A stretch of DNA of 63,964 nt, the filler included, from Acidimicrobiia bacterium (GTDB lineage Bacteria; Actinomycetota; Acidimicrobiia; Spongiisociales; CAZKJJ01), in NCBI GenBank assembly GCA_046759765.1. It is 3 parts of 3 records of this genome, joined end to end, with 100 filler letters (N's around TTAATTAATTAA, not from the genome) between each part and the next. Parts side by side here need not be neighbours in the genome. Positions count along the whole stretch, not along the records: positions 54,024 to 63,964 come from JBHICV010000089.1; 2 more parts are not named here. One strand, 5' to 3'. Positions 56,172 through 63,964 of this stretch are shown in pieces. Numbering within the stretch: position 1 is the first letter of the stretch; each line of letters opens with the position of its first letter. The position numbers were made by a program, and so were the translations under genes. Under the pieces are notes generated by a model. The model was not told the origin of the DNA. It worked only from the letters and a program-made list of their open reading frames with translations, and searched no databases.

Positions 56172-56973
56172 GGTCGAGACGATACGGCGTCATCTCAGCC
56201 CGCTCCTAGAAGGGCGAACCGTGCGGAGCCTGGAGGTCCGCCACCCTCGGATGCTCCGCTACCAGCCGGAAGGACGATTGCCGACCGTGCCCGGGCGTCG
56301 TGTATTGGAAGTCGGGAGGCGCGGAAAGTACCTGCTCATCACGCTGGACGGGGGACTGACTTGGGTCACACATCTCGGAATGTCCGGCCGGGTCCGGCTG
56401 ACGAACCCCGAGGAGCCTTTCGCGGCTCACACCCATGTGGTGGCCTCCTTCGATGGAGGCATTCAGCTCCGTGTCATCGACCCGAGAACGTTCGGGTTCG
56501 TCCAGTTTCTCGATGAAGACCAAATGGCCAAGAGCAGCGTGGGTCGGCTGGGGCCCGATGCACTGGAAGACGGTGCCGCTTCCATCGGTCCCCGTCTCGA
56601 GGGACGTCGCGCGGCTATCAAGAGCCTGCTCCTCGACCAGCGCTTCATCGCCGGAATCGGCAACATCTACGCCGACGAGATCCTGTACCGAGCCCGAATT
56701 CGCCCGAAGAGGCCGGGAGGAAGCCTGTCGGCTGCTGATGCGAAGCGTCTCCAGTCCTCAGTCCGGCCCGTGCTTCGCGACGGCCTTCGGTGGGGTGGCA
56801 CCAGCCTGGATGATCTCGCTTACCGGCTTCCGGACGGGTCTGCCGGTGACTTCTTGCAGAAGCTTCGAGTGTATGGCCGCGAGTCCGAGCCGTGCCGGCG
56901 CTGCCAGACACCGATCCGGCGCACTGTGATCTCGGCCCGAAGCTCATTCTGGTGTCCCACTTGCCAGAAATAG
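56155..56973 (+). CDS. mutM: Formamidopyrimidine-DNA glycosylase
   Basis: PELPEVE, RRGKY, HLGMSG, GIGNIYADE, CRRC..CPTCQ. Confidence 0.97.
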   Translation: MPELPEVETIRRHLSPLLEGRTVRSLEVRHPRMLRYQPEGRLPTVPGRRVLEVGRRGKYLLITLDGGLTWVTHLGMSGRVRLTNPEEPFAAHTHVVASFDGGIQLRVIDPRTFGFVQFLDEDQMAKSSVGRLGPDALEDGAASIGPRLEGRRAAIKSLLLDQRFIAGIGNIYADEILYRARIRPKRPGGSLSAADAKRLQSSVRPVLRDGLRWGGTSLDDLAYRLPDGSAGDFLQKLRVYGRESEPCRRCQTPIRRTVISARSSFWCPTCQK

Positions 56974-57242
56974 CCGACCTTCATGTGATCGTCCACGGCC
57001 GAGTTCAGGGCGTCGGGTTTCGCTATGCGGTCGTCAGCTATGCCGTTGCCCATGAAATCCAGGGTTGGGTGCGGAATCGGTCCGAAGGATCCGTGGAGGT
57101 AGCTGCCCGAGGCGAACCTGAGTCAATCGCTGCACTGCTCAGCTGGCTCCAGGTAGGTCCGCCGGGCGCGAGAGTGGAAAGCATCGAAGTGCTTCCCACG
57201 GAAACCGACGCGCTGACCGCGGGCTTCCAGGTCCGTTACTGA
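56961..57242 (+). CDS. acyP: Acylphosphatase
   Basis: VHGRVQGVGFR, GWVRN. Confidence 0.95.
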   Translation: MPEIADLHVIVHGRVQGVGFRYAVVSYAVAHEIQGWVRNRSEGSVEVAARGEPESIAALLSWLQVGPPGARVESIEVLPTETDALTAGFQVRY

Positions 57243-57319
57243 ATCGCGCGCTAAGACGTGATGCAAACACCCTGTGTGGTAGCCTCGCCGCCCGTCGAAT
57301 GACAGCCTCGTAACTTCCC

Positions 57320-60300
57320 GTGTACCTCAGCGAACTCAAGCTCGCGGGCTTCAAGTCCTTCGCCGATCGCACCCGTCTCAATCTCCAGCAGGGAGTGGCG
57401 GTGATTGTGGGCCCGAACGGTTCCGGGAAGTCGAATCTCGTGGATGCAATCGCGTGGGTGATGGGTACCCAGTCTCCGAAGGCCCTCCGTACTCAGAAGA
57501 TGGACGACGTGATCTTTGCCGGGACGGCGACCCGGCCGGCGTTGGGACGCGCCGAGGTGACGCTGATCTTCGACAACCAAGACGGCGCTCTGCCGCTCGA
57601 TCTCGATGAGGTATCGATCACCCGCCGGCTGTATCGGGACGGGACCAGCGAGTACCTGATCTCTGGCACCGAGTGTCGGCTCACCGACATACAGGAGCTG
57701 CTCTTCGACAGTGGCGTGGGAAGGCACCAGCACACGATCGTCGGTCAGGGCGAGATCGACGCGATCCTCAGCGCCAGTGCCCAGGACCACCGCGCCGTTA
57801 TCGAGGAGGCCGCCGGTGTCCTCAAACACAGGGTCCGTAAGGAGAGAGCTCTACGACGCCTTGAACGCACTGGCGCCGATCTCGTGCGTCTAGCAGACAT
57901 TGAACGGGAGCTGACGCGACAGATCCGCCCGCTGAAGCGGCAGGCGAAGGCGGCCGAGCGCTACGAGGCTCTGCGCGCCGAGGCGCGCGCACTCCGCCTC
58001 CATGTCGATGGGCGGGACCTTCAAAGGGTGGGTGACGAGCTCGCAGAGGCCCAGGAGGAGGAGGGAGCCTTGGTTCGGCGCGAGGAGCAGGCTGCTGCTG
58101 AGTTCGGCCGTGAGACAGTCGCGGGTACGAGCGGAGAGAAGGCCGTGACCGAGGCACGTACGGCGTTGGAGGCCGATACCGGCGCGGCTGCCCGCCTGGA
58201 GACGTCCCGCGAGCGGTTCCGACGCATCGCGCAAGTAGCCCACGAGCGGCTTGCCGTCGCCAAGGATCACGTAGAGCGAGCGGAGGAGCGATACGGGGAG
58301 CTGCAGTCCGAAAAGGCAGCCGTCGATTCGGCGCTCGAGGCCGATCGCCGAATCCAACAAAGACTCGCGGTCGAAGTGGAATCTGCCGCAGCCCGAGCAG
58401 ACGCGCTTGCTTCCGAGGAGAGGGTGCTGGCGGATCAGGCCTCGATGGTCGCCGAGGGTGTGGCGGCGATGCTCCGAGGCGAGATTTCCGGGTTCGAGCG
58501 GAGCGACGAACGTGACCGAACGGAGCGATCCGAGCTCGCGACGAAACTGCAGGTTCTGGCGGATCGCCTGGAGGCGACCCGAGCCAATCGCCAGCGGCTG
58601 GAAGAGGAGATCCGGTCGCTGGACGAAGCTGCCTCCGAGGCGAGCCGCACTTACGAGACCGTCCGAGAGAGCAGTCGATTGGAACAAAGACGCTGGGAGA
58701 GGGCGGAGGAGTCGCTGGCCGAGACAAGACTCACGCTGGCGGGAGCGGAGGCAGGCGTCGCTGCGCTGGAGGAAGCGTCCGGCAGCCGGAAGCCGGATGC
58801 CGCACTCGAAACGCCCGGCGTCAGCGGCTTTCTTGTCGAGTTGCTCGATTGCCCACCCCGGTTGGTAGCAGCACTTCGGATCGCACTGGGAAGCTGGGCG
58901 GAGGCCGTTGCCCTGGAGCCCGGAAGCGACCTCACCGATGTCCTCGACGAGCTCAAGCGTCGGGGAGCGCCAAGCCTCTCGGTAGTGCGGGACCTCGAAG
59001 CTAGCTCCGCTGAGACACCGGCCGAGCGGGCTGGTCTCCGCTGGGGAGTCGAGCCGCTCGCCGCCGCGCTCGGACCTCGGGCGCGGACAGATTTGGCACG
59101 GGCATTGTTAGGCGACGTTCTCCTGGTCGAGAGCTGGTCGGCCGGTTGGCAACTCGTAGCACGAGAAGAGGGAGTGCGCGCCGTAACGCCCGAAGGTGAC
59201 CTCATCTCGACCGAAGGCGTTGCGCTGCACGACTCCCAGAGGGGGATACCGCAGCTACTCGAGGAGTCGCGCGGTGAGCTGGAGGCCTTCCGAACGGAGA
59301 CGGCCAGGCATGAGAGCCTGCTGGCTGCCGCCAAGCGATCCTTTGACACGATTCGAACGTCGGAGCGGGAAGCGCTCGAGGCGCTCGAGCGAACCGAGGC
59401 TCTCCTGGCCGGAGCGACCGAAGCGCTCGATCGATCGGCTCGTGAGGAGGCCGAGCAGGAGGCTGAGCACGACCTGCTGGCGGCTCGGCTTTCGGTGGTT
59501 GAACAAACGATGAGCAGTCGAGCCGCCCACCTCGAGGTGCTACGTGGTCGCCTTGCTCGCATGGAGGAGGAGGGTCCAGAGTCCAAGCAGCTGAGGGAGG
59601 AGACAGCTCGACGCAGAGACGACGTGGCCAAGAAGCGGAGGCTCGTCGAAGCCCAACGAGACCGGGCTGCTGCAGACATGGCCGCCGCCCTGGAACGAGT
59701 CAGGATCGCGGAAGAGCGTCAGGGCGCGATTACGGACGAGCTTCGAGCCTTCGAAAGTCCGGTCCAAGCCGAGGATCTCGACAGGCTCTCGAACATACAA
59801 GCCACGGCCGGAGCTGCCCTGTCAATCGTCTCCTCTCATATCGATGTCCTGCAAGATCGGGAAAGGGTGAGGCGGGCGGAGCTGACCGAGAAGGAGAAAC
59901 GCCTGACAGTGGCTATATCTGAACGGGACCGTCTCAGCCGGGAGATCACCCAGATGCGCGAGCGAAGGACCGCGCTCGCCGTTCGCCTGACCGAACTTCG
60001 ACTTCGCGTTGAATCCATCGCAGAGGGCCTGCGACGGGATCTCGATGCCACCGCCGAGGATGCACTTGCCGCCGACGTACCCCAGCTCGAACCTGATGTC
60101 TCCCCCCATGCTCGCCTCGAGGAGCTGGAAGCACAGCTACGCAGAGTCGGCCCGGTGAATCCGTTGGCCAGCGAGGAATACCGGGAGCTCTCGGACCGAG
60201 CTTCGTTCTTGGCAGGCCAAATGGAAGACGTCGAGTCGTCGCGTCGAAAGCTGTCCGGCCTGATCGCCACCCTGGACGCTGAGATCGCGGAGCTCTTCCG

Positions 60301-60745
60301 CTCGGCGTTCGAGCAGGTTGCCTCGCTTTTCGAGGAACACTTCCAGCTGCTATTTCCCGGGGGTCGAGGCAAGCTGCGGCTAACCGATCCGGATGATCTG
60401 CTTTCCACCGGCGTCGAGATCCTGGCGCAGCCAATGGGTAAACGTGTGTCCCGGCTCTCCCTCCTGTCAGGTGGTGAGAAGTCGCTGGCTGCGCTCGCCT
60501 TTCTCTTTGCCGTATTTCGTGCCCGCCCCAGCCCCTTCTACCTCCTGGATGAGGTCGAGGCTGCACTCGACGATGCCAACTTACGACGGTTTCTCCGTCT
60601 GCTAGGAGAGATCCGGTTCGATGCCCAACTGATCATCGTCACCCATCAGCAGCAGACGATGGAGGCCGCTGACGTGCTCTACGGCATCACTCTCGAGCCG
60701 GGAGGTTCCACCCAGGTAGTCGGGAAGCAGCTGGTGGCAGTCTGA
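57320..60745 (+). CDS. smc: Chromosome segregation protein SMC
   Basis: GFKSF, GPNGSGKSN, coiled coils/hinge, LSGGE, LDEVEAALD. Confidence 0.97.
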   Translation: MYLSELKLAGFKSFADRTRLNLQQGVAVIVGPNGSGKSNLVDAIAWVMGTQSPKALRTQKMDDVIFAGTATRPALGRAEVTLIFDNQDGALPLDLDEVSITRRLYRDGTSEYLISGTECRLTDIQELLFDSGVGRHQHTIVGQGEIDAILSASAQDHRAVIEEAAGVLKHRVRKERALRRLERTGADLVRLADIERELTRQIRPLKRQAKAAERYEALRAEARALRLHVDGRDLQRVGDELAEAQEEEGALVRREEQAAAEFGRETVAGTSGEKAVTEARTALEADTGAAARLETSRERFRRIAQVAHERLAVAKDHVERAEERYGELQSEKAAVDSALEADRRIQQRLAVEVESAAARADALASEERVLADQASMVAEGVAAMLRGEISGFERSDERDRTERSELATKLQVLADRLEATRANRQRLEEEIRSLDEAASEASRTYETVRESSRLEQRRWERAEESLAETRLTLAGAEAGVAALEEASGSRKPDAALETPGVSGFLVELLDCPPRLVAALRIALGSWAEAVALEPGSDLTDVLDELKRRGAPSLSVVRDLEASSAETPAERAGLRWGVEPLAAALGPRARTDLARALLGDVLLVESWSAGWQLVAREEGVRAVTPEGDLISTEGVALHDSQRGIPQLLEESRGELEAFRTETARHESLLAAAKRSFDTIRTSEREALEALERTEALLAGATEALDRSAREEAEQEAEHDLLAARLSVVEQTMSSRAAHLEVLRGRLARMEEEGPESKQLREETARRRDDVAKKRRLVEAQRDRAAADMAAALERVRIAEERQGAITDELRAFESPVQAEDLDRLSNIQATAGAALSIVSSHIDVLQDRERVRRAELTEKEKRLTVAISERDRLSREITQMRERRTALAVRLTELRLRVESIAEGLRRDLDATAEDALAADVPQLEPDVSPHARLEELEAQLRRVGPVNPLASEEYRELSDRASFLAGQMEDVESSRRKLSGLIATLDAEIAELFRSAFEQVASLFEEHFQLLFPGGRGKLRLTDPDDLLSTGVEILAQPMGKRVSRLSLLSGGEKSLAALAFLFAVFRARPSPFYLLDEVEAALDDANLRRFLRLLGEIRFDAQLIIVTHQQQTMEAADVLYGITLEPGGSTQVVGKQLVAV

Positions 60746-60766
60746 GCGTGCGGTCGTAGGATCGCA

Positions 60767-61747
60767 GTGCCTGTGGAATTGCTGCTGCTCGTTGTCGTGG
60801 TGGCCGCGGCAGGCTTAGCGGTCGGCTTACTCGTATTTCGGCGCGGTCGCTCGTCGGTCGAGGCAACGTCCCTCCAGACCGGGCTCGCTCGGACGAGGAC
60901 CTCGCTTCGGGATCGCCTGCGAGCGGTCTTTGAACGCGAGTCGGACGAACGGTTCGAGGATCTGGAGGATGCCCTCATCTCTGCGGACATCGGTGTCCAC
61001 CTCAGTGGTCAAGTGACGGACCGCGTCAAACAGAACAACCCCACCGGTCCAGAGGAGACTCGCATAGCCGTGCGCAGAGAGCTGCTCTCTTGTCTCGAGG
61101 GGCGGGACCGTTCGCTCAAGCTATTGGGGAAGCCTGCCGTCATAGTGGTGGTGGGGGTGAATGGAACTGGTAAAACGACCACTGTCGCCAAGCTCGGTCA
61201 TTATCTCCGGCAGCACGGCTACCAGCCTCTCTTGGCGGCGGCGGACACCTTTCGAGCCGCAGCCGATCAACAGCTCCGGATGTGGGCGGATCGGCTCGAC
61301 ATCCAAGTCGTGGCCTCGTCGCCGCGTTCTGATCCGGCTTCGGTCGCCTTCGACGCTCTGCAGGCGGCTCGGGCGCGAGAACGGGACGTTGTGATTGTGG
61401 ATACGGCCGGGCGCCTGCACTCCCATCAGAACCTCATGCATGAGCTCGCCAAGATCGTCAGGGTTCTCGGCCGCGAGACCGACCACGGAGTAGACGAGGT
61501 GCTTCTCGTCATGGACGCCACGGTCGGCCAGAACGGTCTGGCCCAGGCTCGGGAATTCACGGGAGCGGTCGATGTAAGTGGCATAGTGCTTACAAAGCTC
61601 GACGGAACGGCCCGTGGAGGCATCGTGATTGCCGCTGAGCAGGAATACGACATACCGGTCAAATTCGTTGGCGTGGGCGAAAGAGCCTCTGATCTCATTC
61701 CGTTCGACTCGGAGGACTTCGTGGACGCCATATTGGAGGGCACATGA
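60767..61747 (+). CDS. ftsY: SRP receptor FtsY
   Basis: GVNGTGKTTT, DTFRAAA, DTAGR, TKLDGTARGG; N-terminal TM. Confidence 0.97.
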   Translation: MPVELLLLVVVVAAAGLAVGLLVFRRGRSSVEATSLQTGLARTRTSLRDRLRAVFERESDERFEDLEDALISADIGVHLSGQVTDRVKQNNPTGPEETRIAVRRELLSCLEGRDRSLKLLGKPAVIVVVGVNGTGKTTTVAKLGHYLRQHGYQPLLAAADTFRAAADQQLRMWADRLDIQVVASSPRSDPASVAFDALQAARARERDVVIVDTAGRLHSHQNLMHELAKIVRVLGRETDHGVDEVLLVMDATVGQNGLAQAREFTGAVDVSGIVLTKLDGTARGGIVIAAEQEYDIPVKFVGVGERASDLIPFDSEDFVDAILEGT

Positions 61748-62133
61748 GTGACGATCTGATCGACCGAGCCCGTCAGGCGGCTGAGCGGGCTTACGCTCCC
61801 TACTCGAACTTTCGAGTCGGAGCCGCAGTTCTCACCGAAGACGGCTCGGTTTTCGAGGCCGCCAACGTGGAGAACGCGGCTTATCCGTCCGGCCTCTGCG
61901 CCGAATCGGGAGCAATCGTTGCCGCGGTATCGGCGGGACATCGCAAGCTGCGGTCGTTGGCCGTCGCTTGCATCGATGCGAAGGAGGTCGATGAGTCGTA
62001 TCCCTGCGGACAATGCCGCCAAAGGATGAACGAGTTCGGCGTCGAAGAGGTCCTGATCGCCACCGCTGATGGTGAAGTCGCTCGATATGCCCTCGCCGAC
62101 CTACTACCTCATGGTTTCCGGCTCGGGCATTGA
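61744..62133 (+). CDS. cdd: Cytidine deaminase
   Basis: YAPYS.F.VGAA, NVEN, CAE, PCGQCRQ. Confidence 0.96.
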   Translation: MSDDLIDRARQAAERAYAPYSNFRVGAAVLTEDGSVFEAANVENAAYPSGLCAESGAIVAAVSAGHRKLRSLAVACIDAKEVDESYPCGQCRQRMNEFGVEEVLIATADGEVARYALADLLPHGFRLGH

Positions 62134-63235
62134 CCGCGATCGATTGACAGGAGGCCCGGGGATCGGGCTCGGGGGGATTCTTCTCGTCGTGGCGGTGCTC
62201 CTACTGATAGGCGCGGGCGTCTGGTACGTGGGATTCCGAAGCCCCGGTGAGAGTGTTCCGGTGGCCGCGACGACCACCACGTCGACTTCACCCGAAGAGA
62301 CAGGCACGACGCTGGAAGGGCAGACCACTACGACTGGTCCGGTCACCGCGACAACGATCGCGCCGGTCGGCGAGTTGGTCTCTATCCCCGTTCTCACGGA
62401 GGCGGAGGCCTACCGCGGGGAGCAGGCCCGGCTGGTGTGGCTACCCGGGTCACAGTCGGCTTGGATCGTTGACATGCAGGCGGCGACGGTGGGAAGGTTG
62501 CTCGATATCCCGGCTGGCCCGCGGGGGTGGGGAGCACCGGCGCGCGACGGGTCTCTCATCGTCGACTTCAGCGGCCGGATACTGCGTCGTACGCCCACCG
62601 GGGAATGGCTGGACATGTCTCCTTCGGGAGACCGCTCCTACCGAATCCTCGATACCAGGACGGGCCAAGACCACTTGCACATCTACGCCATCGAATCAGG
62701 CGACACCGACCGCCTTCTCAACCTGATGTACCGATACGACGCTCCGGATGTGTTCGAGGAGAAGTGGGTTGCGGACGCCACCGACATCGTTCGTGCTTCG
62801 GCGTCGAAGTCGATGCAACTGGTCATCGTCGAGCTCACGCCGTCGGCCGCCGGAGCCCCCCGTTACCTGTTGCTCTCCGAGCAGTCCGGCCGGCAGACAA
62901 CCCGGAGCGCCTTCCCAAAGAGCGTGGAGGGTTCCAGGTATGTGTGGGGAGTCGAGTTCGCCGGCGGCTCTGACCTCTTCTACATGCAGTGCGAAGCGGC
63001 CACCTACGCCGAGTGCGGCGCCAGCGACGGGTTCCTGGTGAATCTCAGTTCGGGAGCGCTTTCGCCGGTAGGCGATGCCTATCCGGGCTGGTCACGGGAG
63101 TGGGAGACGCCATTAGGCGTGCCCAGCTTTACCAACTCGTTCGGGGGACTTGGTCTTCTCGTACGGACGAATGTGGACGTCGGCGACCTCCAGTCGGGAG
63201 AGCGCGGTCGCCTTATCTCGGCCCGGGACTACTAG
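62111..63235 (+). CDS. Hypothetical membrane-anchored protein
   Basis: N-terminal TM, Thr-rich linker, beta-rich domain; start uncertain (62111 or 62144). Confidence 0.75.
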   Translation: MVSGSGIDRDRLTGGPGIGLGGILLVVAVLLLIGAGVWYVGFRSPGESVPVAATTTTSTSPEETGTTLEGQTTTTGPVTATTIAPVGELVSIPVLTEAEAYRGEQARLVWLPGSQSAWIVDMQAATVGRLLDIPAGPRGWGAPARDGSLIVDFSGRILRRTPTGEWLDMSPSGDRSYRILDTRTGQDHLHIYAIESGDTDRLLNLMYRYDAPDVFEEKWVADATDIVRASASKSMQLVIVELTPSAAGAPRYLLLSEQSGRQTTRSAFPKSVEGSRYVWGVEFAGGSDLFYMQCEAATYAECGASDGFLVNLSSGALSPVGDAYPGWSREWETPLGVPSFTNSFGGLGLLVRTNVDVGDLQSGERGRLISARDY

Positions 63236-63963
63236 GCGCGGGCGCGAAGGGCTTCGACCAGAGGAGGCAGGACCTGGTGGAGGTCTCCGACGATGCCGAG
63301 GTCAGAAACGGTGAAGATAGGCGCTTCGGGATCCTTGTTGACGGCGATGATGACCTTGGCGTCCTTCATCCCCACTAGATGCTGCATGGCGCCTGAAATA
63401 CCCAAGGCGATGTAGACATCGGGCTTTACGGTCTTGCCCGTCTGGCCGACCTGCTTTGCATACGGGACCCATCCCGCGTCGACGATTGCTCTCGTGGCCC
63501 CGGTCGCGGCGCCAAGCTCGGCCGCCAGGTCCTCGATCAGCGCGAAATGCTCGGGAGCGCCAAGCCCACGTCCTCCTGAGACGATGATGGCAGCCTCCTC
63601 TAGCTGTGGGCCCTCCTTTGCCTCGGTAAATCGGTCCACGACGGTCGCGGAGCCGGAGTGGCCGACTGAAGGAGCTTCGACGGCGACGACCGCCGGGGTG
63701 GAGGGGGCTCCCTCGGTTGCCGGGAAGGACTTGGGACGAACAATGACAAGATGCGGTGGGGAGGCCCTGAAGACCGTGTCGACAAGTGTGGTTCCTCCAA
63801 ACATCTCGTTCGTTACCGCAAGCCCGTCCCCACCGACTGAGACCGAAACGGCGTTGGAAATGACGGGTAACCCGAGACGGGCACTCAGCCGCCCTGCCAC
63901 GTCCCGATCCGTGTAGGTTCCTCCGAAGAGTATGACCTCCGGGCGTTCCGCTTCTACGAGGCT
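63232..63963 (-). CDS. etfA: Electron transfer flavoprotein alpha subunit (5' end outside window)
   Basis: SGGRG, QVGQTGKTV, GISGAMQH, AVNKD. Confidence 0.95.
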   Translation of the reverse strand, partial: SLVEAERPEVILFGGTYTDRDVAGRLSARLGLPVISNAVSVSVGGDGLAVTNEMFGGTTLVDTVFRASPPHLVIVRPKSFPATEGAPSTPAVVAVEAPSVGHSGSATVVDRFTEAKEGPQLEEAAIIVSGGRGLGAPEHFALIEDLAAELGAATGATRAIVDAGWVPYAKQVGQTGKTVKPDVYIALGISGAMQHLVGMKDAKVIIAVNKDPEAPIFTVSDLGIVGDLHQVLPPLVEALRARA

Positions 63964-63964
63964 T

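Noticed and set aside
57266..57281. NrdR-box-like ACACCCTGTGTGGTAG upstream of smc
   Set aside because: Misses key A positions, single copy, no nrd gene nearby.

Overview
High-GC actinobacterial DNA, probably Acidimicrobiia (inferred from gene content, synteny and promoter style). The window is three contigs joined by artificial N44-TTAATTAATTAA-N44 linkers (27040-27139, 53924-54023), so adjacency across the gaps is meaningless. Contig 1 holds housekeeping genes (amidohydrolase, two SDRs, two ECF sigma/anti-sigma pairs, nadE, mgtE, greA) and a ~14 kb hypoxia/dormancy-type island. The island contains a group 3b [NiFe]-hydrogenase operon with a cNMP-domain gene, a Zn-less mini-HypA and HypC, a divergent EamA + DUF6390-like pair, a SigB-like sigma factor, Hsp20, GDH, a hydrolase, CapA and a baeRF/Balon-like factor. 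Four promoters in the island share one architecture: a 16-bp DosR/OsdR-like box, a 22-nt spacer and a -10 hexamer. One of them drives no ORF but a ~94-nt rod-shaped RNA (13834-13927), the best candidate for an undescribed element. Thirteen 49-bp palindromic REP-like elements in two subfamilies are scattered over contigs 1-2. Contig 2 has a repeat adhesin, SppA, class I aldolase, a serpin, PrimPol + LigB, an ABC exporter, thrC, surE and a cyclase-STAND protein; two genes there appear to start at ATC/ATA. Contig 3 is the conserved sepIVA-yceD-rpmF-rnc-mutM-acyP-smc-ftsY block plus cdd and etfA. No rRNA, tRNA, CRISPR array or transposase was seen. All calls come from motif recognition by eye; no searches were run.
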